Source of the DNA: an uncultured Gemmataceae bacterium
GTDB lineage: Bacteria > Planctomycetota > Planctomycetia > Gemmatales > Gemmataceae
Direction: 5' to 3'
Assembly: GCA_963750165.1 (NCBI GenBank)
Contig: CAVVPN010000004.1
Span: forward strand, 1,184,001-1,248,000
Length of the DNA stretch: 64,000 nucleotides
Shown: piece by piece, positions 9,965 to 17,202 of the stretch
How positions within the stretch are numbered: the first letter of the stretch is position 1
Layout: every line of letters starts with the position of its first letter
Notes under the pieces: model-generated
Databases searched by the model: none
What the model was told of the DNA's origin: nothing
What the model saw: the letters and a program-made list of their open reading frames with translations, nothing else
Made by a program: the position numbers and the translations under genes

Positions 9965-10448
9965 GTTGATCGCCGACCTGTTCCGCTTTCGTCGTTACAT
10001 CCGTGGCCGCTGGTTCAGCGGCAGGCCACAGCGGCTCATCCGCTTCATCGTACAGGACCCCACAGTTGACGGACACCACCCGGCCGAACTCGACCTGCAA
10101 CTCCACCCAGTTGCGGGGGTAGAAGAAGGTTTCCAGAGAGCCGTAGTCGTCGTGTTCGGGCTCCTCCCCCAGCACCGCCGAGACGAGGGCAAGCACCGAG
10201 GCAATCGGCTCACCCACGACTCGGTGCCCGAATAGGGTGGCATCCGGGCTATGCACTTCAACCCAGCCGAAGCGGTCACCGTTGTCCGGCTCAATCGAGA
10301 ACTCGGTCCGCGAGCCGAAATACTGCAACCGAAGTGCGTTGGAGTCCGTGCGGTATCGCTTGTCAGGCGGACCGAGGACGCAGACCAACTCCGGCTCGGT
10401 GAGGCCGAAGAGGAGTTGTCCCACGCTTTTGCCCGGACGGATCTCCAT
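9927..10448 (-). CDS. Hypothetical cassette protein
   Basis: 173-aa ORF with GGAGG RBS; reads into attC. Confidence 0.7.
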   Translation of the reverse strand: MEIRPGKSVGQLLFGLTEPELVCVLGPPDKRYRTDSNALRLQYFGSRTEFSIEPDNGDRFGWVEVHSPDATLFGHRVVGEPIASVLALVSAVLGEEPEHDDYGSLETFFYPRNWVELQVEFGRVVSVNCGVLYDEADEPLWPAAEPAATDVTTKAEQVGDQPRTSGCCGRWGP

Positions 10449-10464
10449 CTACTCGCCTCCGCCC

Positions 10465-10561
10465 CCCGAACGACTGCGTTCACCTGCCGGGCCGCCTGCA
10501 ACGGCGTGGTGTCGCGGAAAACCAGAATGGCGGCCCGGTCAGGTGCAACGCTTGGTTCGCA
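10465..10561 (-). other. attC site
   Basis: CCCGAAC...CACCTGCCGGGCCGCC...GGCGGCCCGGTCAGGTG...GTTCGCA. Confidence 0.9.
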
Positions 10562-10575
10562 GTGCCTCGCCTCCT

Positions 10576-10875
10576 CTACGCTTGTACTCCAACTTCGGTG
10601 AATTCCTCGCCGTCTTCGATGGCGCGAATGCTCTTCACCGGCCGAAACGAGAAATGGTACTTGCCATCCTCGTGTAGATCGTAGGCGCTCGGTGGACCAG
10701 TACCGAACACGAGCGATTCCTCGACTTGCCAATCATCGCCTCTCGACGTGGAGCGTGCGATGAATTTTCTTCCAAGGCAGCCCTCCAACAGTGTTCCGGC
10801 GACGAGCACCAGCTCCCGTTGCTGAATCACCGCTGCGACATTCACACGGATGCGAACAAGCGGCTCGTTTTGCAT
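10576..10875 (-). CDS. Hypothetical protein, 2nd gene of a two-gene cassette
   Basis: 99-aa ORF ending just before attC. Confidence 0.55.
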   Translation of the reverse strand: MQNEPLVRIRVNVAAVIQQRELVLVAGTLLEGCLGRKFIARSTSRGDDWQVEESLVFGTGPPSAYDLHEDGKYHFSFRPVKSIRAIEDGEEFTEVGVQA

Positions 10876-10890
10876 TACGCACCCAGACGG

Positions 10891-11094
10891 CTAACCCTCT
10901 CCGACACCGAGATCGTCCAACGCCTTGTCAATCTCGGGATGGACGCGGCGAAGGTCCGTCCCGTCCATGTCGCAACGCTGAAAGAAATCGATCAAATCGC
11001 GCACAAACTCGGCACGGAAATCATCTTCCGGAACGTTCCGCTGGATCAACGGCCACATTTCGCGGAACAGCTTTGCGCCAGCACGCCAGCTCAT
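10891..11094 (-). CDS. Hypothetical protein, 1st gene of a two-gene cassette
   Basis: 67-aa ORF MSWRAGAKLFREMW with GGAG RBS. Confidence 0.6.
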   Translation of the reverse strand: MSWRAGAKLFREMWPLIQRNVPEDDFRAEFVRDLIDFFQRCDMDGTDLRRVHPEIDKALDDLGVGEG

Positions 11095-11127
11095 GACCGA
11101 AGCTCCAGGGAAAGCACTCGCCGAGTC

Positions 11128-11224
11128 TGCGAACGACACCGTTCACCTGCCGCGGCGGCTGGTGAGACGTTGAACCCTGAAAAACCGTCGTGCCGCCGCG
11201 GTCAGGTGCAACGGCTGGTTCGCG
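11128..11224 (-). other. attC site
   Basis: TGCGAAC...CACCTGCCGCGGCGGC...GCCGCCGCGGTCAGGTG...GTTCGCG. Confidence 0.9.
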
Positions 11225-11230
11225 TTGACT

Positions 11231-11869
11231 TCACGCCGGTGGCAGACCCCAAAGTTTGCCGATCTCATCGGGGAAGCGCCACCAAGTCCGCAGGGATTCC
11301 ATTCTTTCCCAGCCTACGTTCTCACGCCAGGACTCGATCCACGAGGAGAGCATGTACAACGGCTGCGGCGGTCTCCAGTATATCCAACTTCGTACAGCGA
11401 CGGCAGTGCGGACCGGACCAGCGTTGGCACCAAAGAACCCGCACATGCGCCCGATGTCAAAAAACTGGCGAACAATGATTGGGGAGTAGCCATAGATGGA
11501 AGCGCGGTGTCGCGTCGGTTCATTGCACATCCATGCGCCACCTGAATCCATTACGTATCGGTTCCACTCGGGCGATCGCTCAGATTCCCAGAGTTGGCCA
11601 CCGCTTGGCGTCAACTCGACGGACCGATCCGTCTTCGACCACGGGCTTGAATAGTCCCGGCCAGTTGTCCAACCCAGCTTCTCGAAACGATCCAGCGTGC
11701 TAAACAGCGTGACATCGTCAAGACCGTGACAGGGGCGGTTGTATTGCTCCCCAAAGAACTCTGATCGGTACGACGCGCGGCTGCCCCACCGCCAGACAGC
11801 TTGGTCGAGCAATTCAAGCTCAGCGTCCGTCAGGCCGGAGACGCCCGTTCGACGACTTGTGTCTGCCAT
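11231..11869 (-). CDS. Hypothetical cassette protein
   Basis: 212-aa ORF filling the cassette. Confidence 0.7.
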   Translation of the reverse strand: MADTSRRTGVSGLTDAELELLDQAVWRWGSRASYRSEFFGEQYNRPCHGLDDVTLFSTLDRFEKLGWTTGRDYSSPWSKTDRSVELTPSGGQLWESERSPEWNRYVMDSGGAWMCNEPTRHRASIYGYSPIIVRQFFDIGRMCGFFGANAGPVRTAVAVRSWIYWRPPQPLYMLSSWIESWRENVGWERMESLRTWWRFPDEIGKLWGLPPA

Positions 11870-11893
11870 GTCTCATCGGGACGAACCCGAAAA

Positions 11894-11990
11894 CGCGAAC
11901 GACCCAGCTCAGCAGCGGCGGGGGCCGAGTGAGCTACAAGTCTGGGAAAGCCTACCTGCCCCCGCCGTCTGCTGCAGCGCCTGGTTCGGC
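11894..11990 (-). other. attC site
   Basis: CGCGAAC...CAGCAGCGGCGGGGG...CCCCCGCCGTCTGCTG...GTTCGGC. Confidence 0.9.
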
Positions 11991-12388
11991 GTCAGGGCCA
12001 CCCCGCGCGAACTCGAACTCGTCCTCGTGGCAGTAGAACAGCGCCACCCGCCGGCGGCCGGGAAGATAACCACGTCGTCCCGCGACGGGCAGAACATGTC
12101 CTGCCAGCGGTCGAGGAACAGCGGGGCGGGCATTTGGAACACCTCGTCCCGGCCGAACACCACCAGTAACTTGCCGCCACCGACCCGCTCGGCCAGCCAC
12201 CGCCGCGCCTCCGGCCCCGGATCCTCCACATCCAGCCGCTCGATGTCAGCGAACGCCGTCTCGCTCAACCCGTACCGCGACTGGCTGGAGCAGTCCCACG
12301 CGTGGCGGAAGGCGGTGAGGGCATCCGCGTCGCTCAGGGGGACGATCTCGGGGCCGAACGCTACCAGTTCCGAGTGCCGCCAACCCAC
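11952..12388 (-). CDS. Hypothetical cassette protein (frameshift near 12046)
   Basis: GTG start with GGAGG RBS; FCPSRDDVVI...ALFYCHEDEFEF spans two frames. Confidence 0.55.
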
Positions 12389-12402
12389 CGCACGCCTCCG
12401 CC

Positions 12403-12491
12403 GCCGAACTACCCAGTTCACGTGCGGGCCACTCGACTGGGCGTGTCGGTTTAGACTCAGTTGGCCCGTCACGTGCAACATCTGGTTCGGG
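12403..12491 (-). other. attC site (family A)
   Basis: GCCGAAC-TACCCAGTTCACGTGCGGGCC...GTTCGGG. Confidence 0.9.
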
Positions 12492-12505
12492 CCGGTTTCT
12501 CAAAA

Positions 12506-12528
12506 CGACTCCCGACCCCTTTTCTTAT
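12506..12528 (-). repeat. Single REP arm
   Basis: Minus strand ATAAGAAAAGGGGTCGGGAGTCG = first 23 nt of the 70-bp hairpin. Confidence 0.85.
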
Positions 12529-12536
12529 TTTCCTCT

Positions 12537-13418
12537 CTATTTCTTATACCTGTCGTTCACACACTTCGCCGCGTCCTTGACTGGCGGCAGACTCCCGCCT
12601 CGCTCGGCGAGGTTTTCGACCAACGCGCAGATGCCTGCGGAGGTAATGCGGTAGTTGACCTCGAGGCGTCCGACCACGTCTACGGTAATTTCCTCGACCA
12701 TTCCCAGGTCTATGAGTCCGGGGACTCGTTCGCCACCTGTCGAGTTGTGACCTCCGTTCAGCGCGCGGCAAAGAGTTCCGCTGAACTCGGTGTAACCGAC
12801 CCGCTCGTTGAGGGCGGCGCGGTTGTAGGTCGGCCAGTCGGTGCAGTGGTCGTCCCGGTCTCTAGGGCAAAGCGCGTGGAGGACGCGGATCTGCGGGGTA
12901 AGTAACTTCCGGTTCGTAGCGACGCCCTTGACGGCGCCCTCCAGGTTCGCTTCGATGACCTTGATGGCGTCAACGATTTTCTTGAATAGGGCCTTTTCCT
13001 TCTCGTCGGTTTTTTCCAGCATATCCTTTGCCCGGAGTTTGTCTTCCTCCGCTTTCTTGGCGAGATCGACTGCTGCTTTCTTGGCCGCCTGGACCTCCCG
13101 AGCTTCTTCGCAGAGCTTCGCATTCGCCTCGCTCAGCACGGACACACCTGTGTCGGGCGCGGACTCCTCCCGAGCTTCTTCGTCGAGTTTCGCCTCCGCC
13201 TCAACCTCGTCGAGCTTCGGCTTCGCCTCGTCGATTACCTCGACCACGATCTTGTTGCCCGTGTCAATTATCCTGACGCGCACCCCGCAGCTCGACGCGT
13301 AGTTGCGAATCATCTGAGCCATTGTCGATTGCGAGCAGTCGTAGTGGACACCGCTAACTAGTTTGGTTAGCGGCTTGCTGAACCACTCCTCCCACGGATA
13401 CTTCCGTTTAGCTGCCAC
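12537..13418 (-). CDS. Putative DNA-binding protein with central coiled coil, cassette
   Basis: KRKYPWEEWF N-terminus, charged helical middle, winged-helix-like C-terminus (LIDLGMVE...YRITSAG); GGAGG RBS. Confidence 0.65.
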   Translation of the reverse strand: MAAKRKYPWEEWFSKPLTKLVSGVHYDCSQSTMAQMIRNYASSCGVRVRIIDTGNKIVVEVIDEAKPKLDEVEAEAKLDEEAREESAPDTGVSVLSEANAKLCEEAREVQAAKKAAVDLAKKAEEDKLRAKDMLEKTDEKEKALFKKIVDAIKVIEANLEGAVKGVATNRKLLTPQIRVLHALCPRDRDDHCTDWPTYNRAALNERVGYTEFSGTLCRALNGGHNSTGGERVPGLIDLGMVEEITVDVVGRLEVNYRITSAGICALVENLAERGGSLPPVKDAAKCVNDRYKK

Positions 13419-13440
13419 CCACCGGTCCTCCCCTTTGGGA

Positions 13441-13514
13441 AGAAAAAGGGGTCCAGTTAATTTTGTACGTTAACTGGTCTCGAAACTCCCAAAAATCTAA
13501 CCTGACCCCTTTTC
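13441..13514. repeat. Variant REP-like hairpin
   Basis: GAAAAAGGGGTC...GACCCCTTTTC arms, inner CCAGTTAA/TTAACTGG. Confidence 0.7.
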
Positions 13515-13526
13515 CCTTCCTTTAAA

Positions 13527-13623
13527 CCCGAACGATTCAGTTCACCGGCTGCGGCGGCTGGTGAGACTTTGAACCTTGATTTCACGTGATGCCGCCGCAG
13601 TCAGGTGCAATTGATGGTTCGGC
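13527..13623 (-). other. attC site
   Basis: CCCGAAC...CTGCGGCGGC...GCCGCCGCAG...GTTCGGC. Confidence 0.9.
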
Positions 13624-13902
13624 GTCTTGGCCACCGGGCAGAGACCGCAAGAATCGCCGCAACTCAGCGACAACCACCGATACCTGCTCGGTATCAATGA
13701 ACTCTTCCTCGCCGACCGAGCAATGAGCGACAACGAGCCGATGGCACAAGCGCCGCGACTCGTGAACCTCCCGCAGACCGATCCGCTCCAGTCCCTCCAT
13801 GTGTGACTCGATGAATCGCTCCACCTGCTCCGACGACAGCCGACCCGCCTCGTACTCGTCGACGGCGTGAAGCATCCGGCTGATCAGGGACGCAATAGCC
13901 AT
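13582..13902 (-). CDS. Hypothetical cassette protein
   Basis: 106-aa ORF reading into attC. Confidence 0.65.
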   Translation of the reverse strand: MAIASLISRMLHAVDEYEAGRLSSEQVERFIESHMEGLERIGLREVHESRRLCHRLVVAHCSVGEEEFIDTEQVSVVVAELRRFLRSLPGGQDAEPSIAPDCGGIT

Positions 13903-13917
13903 CGGTGCGCCCTCTTT

Positions 13918-14013
13918 CCCGAACGACCAAGCTCAGTGGGCGCGGCGGCTCGGCGAGCTTGAAGTCTGAAAAGCGCCAATGCCGCCGCGGTCCACTGCAG
14001 TTCCTGGGGCGGC
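13918..14013 (-). other. attC site with degenerate R'' box
   Basis: CCCGAAC...CAGTGGGCGCGGCGGC...GCCGCCGCGGTCCACTG...GGGCGGC (expected GTTCGGC). Confidence 0.75.
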
Positions 14014-14018
14014 GTGTA

Positions 14019-14315
14019 TTACCTGGGGTGGCAAGCCCACCGCCACTCCTCCGGCACGCCGGCCAGCTCCTCCACCTCGGCCAAGTCCCACTCAGCGGTC
14101 CCGCACAGCGGGCAAGGGAACGGGCCGGTGTCGGCCCTGTCCCGCAACAGGCTGACCCGCCGGGAGAGGTCGGCGGGGTCGAGGTACAGGTCGGACAGCT
14201 CGTCGTCCTCGACGCAGTACCCGCCGCAACAGGTGGTCCGGTGCAAGCGGTAGTCCGAGTTGCTGCACCCGGCCCCGCCCCGCTTCTCGAACCGGTACTT
14301 ATCGATGACTCCCAT
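14019..14315 (-). CDS. Small Cys-rich (zinc-binding-like) protein, first cassette
   Basis: TCCGGYC and CPLC motifs. Confidence 0.7.
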   Translation of the reverse strand: MGVIDKYRFEKRGGAGCSNSDYRLHRTTCCGGYCVEDDELSDLYLDPADLSRRVSLLRDRADTGPFPCPLCGTAEWDLAEVEELAGVPEEWRWACHPR

Positions 14316-14331
14316 CGTCCACTTCCGCGCC

Positions 14332-14440
14332 GCCGAACCTCTGATTATAGTGCGCTCTGCGCAACGTAGCACGGCCAAGCGCAACGTAGCAAGGGCATGC
14401 GCAACGTAGCACGGCCATGCGCAACGTAGCAAAGGGAACG
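14332..14440 (-). other. attI site (4 direct repeats) with adjacent TATAAT
   Basis: Minus strand ...TATAATCAGAGG|TTCGGC; GCGCAACGTAGCA x4 at 20-bp period; lies between intI and the first cassette. Confidence 0.8.
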
Positions 14441-14585
14441 CGTTTCCCATCGCCTTTTTCTTGTACCCTCCCTCCGCGGTTCGGACAAGGAAAAAAAATT
14501 CCGCAGCGGCGTTTTTTCCTGGCACCGCCTGGCACACGCCCGTACACTAACGATAATATGCATTCCTGGTTGGAGGAGATCAGCC

Positions 14586-15911
14586 ATGTCGCCGGAAACC
14601 GTACCCCAACCGCCTCGTCTGCTCGATCAACTTCGCCAGGCAGCGTTGACCCAGTTCGGCCGACCGGAACCCGGCGAGCGTTACGCGCGCTGGGCGACCC
14701 GATTTATCCTCTTCCACCACAAGCGCCACCCCCGCGACCTCGGCGCCGACGAGGTGCAGCACTTCCTCGAACACGTTGGCAAAACCGAAGAGCGGCCGGT
14801 GGACGCCCTCTTCGCGGCGCGCGAAGCCCTGGCCTTCCTGTATCAACAGGTGCTGGGCATCCCCCTGGAGGAAGTTCGCCTGCCCGAACCGCCCCGCCTG
14901 CTGGAGCGGGTGCGGTTGGCCCTGCGCGTGCGGCACTACTCCCCGGCCACGGAAAATTGCTACGTCACCTGGGCGGAACGCTTCATCCGCTTCCACCACC
15001 TGCGCCACCCCCGCGACATGGGGGCCGCGGAGGTCAACGCCTTCCTGACCCACCTGGCGGTCCAGGAGCGGGTCGCCGCCAGCACCCAGAACCAGGCCCT
15101 GAATGCCCTGGTCTTCCTGTTCCAGCAGGTGCTCGATCTGGACCTGGGCCGGTTAGAGGCGGTGCGGGCGCGGCGGCCGAAGCGCCTGCCGGTGGTCCTG
15201 GCCCCCGAAGAAGTCCGGCGCGTGCTGGAAGCCGTCACGGGAGGTTCCGGGGTGCTGCGACTCATGGCCAGCCTGCTGTACGGCGCCGGGTTGCGCCGGG
15301 CCGAGTGTTGTGGCCTGCGCGTGCAGGACGTGGACCTGGCCCGCAAGCAAATCATGGTCCGCCACGGCAAGGGGGGCAAGGATCGGATCGTCATGTTGCC
15401 GAAATCCCTGGTGCCGGAGCTGGAAAAGCAGCTGGGGTCGCGGCGGGCGCTGCACGACCGCGACCTGGCCCGCGGCGTGGCCCGGGTGGCCCTGCCCACG
15501 GCCTTCGGCCGGAAATTCCCGAGGGCGGCCCAGGAGTTCGGCTGGCAATTCCTGTTCGCCTCGCGCCAACTATCCACCGACCCCAGGACGGGGGACACGG
15601 GCCGCCATCACCTCCACGAAGGGGTGCTGGCGCGGGCCATGACCCAGGCCCGGCGGCGGGCCGGCGTGAACCGCCAGGTGGGCTGCCACACCCTGCGGCA
15701 CAGCTTCGCCACCCACCTCGTCGAGCGCGGCGTCGATCTGCGCACCATTCAGGTCCTGCTGGGCCACGAGAGCGTGGAAACCACCATGATCTACACGCAC
15801 GTCGCCCGCCAGGGCCCGCCCGGCGTCACCAGCCCGCTCGACCTGCTCCACGACCTCACCGACGCCGACGTCCGGGCCGCCTGCGACGCCAACGGGCGAC
15901 TGACCCCCTGA
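14586..15911 (+). CDS. intI: Integron integrase with duplicated N-terminal SAM-like domain
   Basis: GLR, GKGGKDR, HTLRHSFATHL, LLGH, YTH catalytic motifs; IntI-specific patch LPTAFGRKFPRAAQEFGWQFLF; divergent from the cassettes. Confidence 0.97.
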   Translation: MSPETVPQPPRLLDQLRQAALTQFGRPEPGERYARWATRFILFHHKRHPRDLGADEVQHFLEHVGKTEERPVDALFAAREALAFLYQQVLGIPLEEVRLPEPPRLLERVRLALRVRHYSPATENCYVTWAERFIRFHHLRHPRDMGAAEVNAFLTHLAVQERVAASTQNQALNALVFLFQQVLDLDLGRLEAVRARRPKRLPVVLAPEEVRRVLEAVTGGSGVLRLMASLLYGAGLRRAECCGLRVQDVDLARKQIMVRHGKGGKDRIVMLPKSLVPELEKQLGSRRALHDRDLARGVARVALPTAFGRKFPRAAQEFGWQFLFASRQLSTDPRTGDTGRHHLHEGVLARAMTQARRRAGVNRQVGCHTLRHSFATHLVERGVDLRTIQVLLGHESVETTMIYTHVARQGPPGVTSPLDLLHDLTDADVRAACDANGRLTP

Positions 15912-15999
15912 ACCGACCTTCCCAGCGCCCGCCCCGTCTGCGAAAATGCAGGGGTGGGCTGTTCTCCCTTCCCCCTCCCTTCTCCCTTCCAGTGTCCCC

Positions 16000-17124
16000 A
16001 TGCAACCGACCCCCTCCCCGCCCCGCGGCGCCGCGCCGCCCATCGCCGACATCCCCGCACAAACGTTTCAGTGGCTGGTGCCCGGCTGGCTGCGCGCGGC
16101 GTGCTGACCCTGCTCGACGGCGACCCCGGCGTCGGCAAGTCCACGCTCGCCGTCGAGCTGGCCGCCCACGTCAGCCGCGGCACCAGCATCGTCGTGCCGC
16201 CGCCCGTCCTGCCCGAGCCGCCGCCCTACTATGGCGACCGGCCGCGCGAGCAAAAACGACCGCCGGCGCCGCCGCCGCCCGCGCCGCCACGGCCGCCCGC
16301 GGGTGTGCTGCTGCTATCCGCCGAGGACGACCCCGCCCGCGTGATCCGGCCGCGCCTGGAAGCCGCCGGCGCTGATCTGCAGCGCGTCTTCGTCCTCGAC
16401 CACCTGCCCGGCCGCGGCGACCAGCCCGTGCAGCTGCCCCGGGACGTGGCGGCGCTGCGGAAGATCATCGAGCGGCAGGGGGTGGCGCTGCTGGTCATCG
16501 ACCCGCTGATGGCGTACCTGGGGCGCGGCATCAACGTCGCCAGCGACCCCCACGTGCGGCGGGCGCTGCACCGGCTCAAGGTGCTGGCGGAGCAGACGCA
16601 GTGTGCCCTGCTCATCATCCGCCACCTGAACAAGACGGCGCACCTGCCGGCGCTGTACCGCGGCGGCGGCAGCATTGGCATCCTGGGGGCGTGCCGGCTG
16701 GCGCTGGTCGTGGGCAAGGACCCGACCGACGAAAACCGCCGCGTGCTGGCCATGAACAAGTGCAACCTGTCCGAGCGGCCGCCGAGCCTGTGCTTTCATC
16801 TGGAGGCGCGCGGCACGGCGTCGGCGCTGGTCTGGGACGGCGCATGCGACTGGACGGCGGAGGAGGTGTTGACGCGCGTGTCGGACGAGGTGGCCGAGCA
16901 GCTCAGCCGTGTGGACGAGTGCGCCGCCTTCATCCGCCAGTTGCTGGAGACAAATGGCGAGATGTGGTCGCGCGATCTGGAGAGCTGGTGCAGGTCGCAA
17001 CGGTTTGCGGAGCGGACGATCATTCGGGCGCAAGAAACTGCCGCTCAAGGTCACCAAGGATGCCTACCTGGGCTGGAAGCTCGAATTGAAACCGGAGGCC
17101 AGGGCGGCAAATCTTGACGTATGA
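16000..17124 (+). CDS. AAA_25/RepA-like ATPase (frameshifts near 16090 and 17030)
   Basis: Walker A GDPGVGKST, SAEDD, LLVIDP, IIRHLNK, YRGGGSIG. Confidence 0.8.
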
Positions 17125-17161
17125 AAAAGTTGGCTCCCTTGGCTCCCTTGGCTCCCTTGCT
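17109..17161. repeat. ~53-bp element with (TTGGCTCCC)3; second copy at 28443-28495
   Basis: Direct comparison, one mismatch. Confidence 0.85.
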
Positions 17162-17202
17162 GCGAAACGCCAGGCCGTTCGGTGACCCGCGTTGCCAGCG
17201 GT

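Noticed and set aside
818..14013. attC repeats as CRISPR or MITEs
   Set aside because: Spacers are whole genes, the sites have AAC/GTT boxes, and IntI is adjacent.
14359..14432. CRISPR array in the 20-bp repeats
   Set aside because: 13-bp repeats with 7-bp spacers are too short, there are no cas genes, and the position fits attI.
14520..14585. SOS/LexA box upstream of intI
   Set aside because: No CTGT-N8-ACAG or other recognisable operator palindrome.
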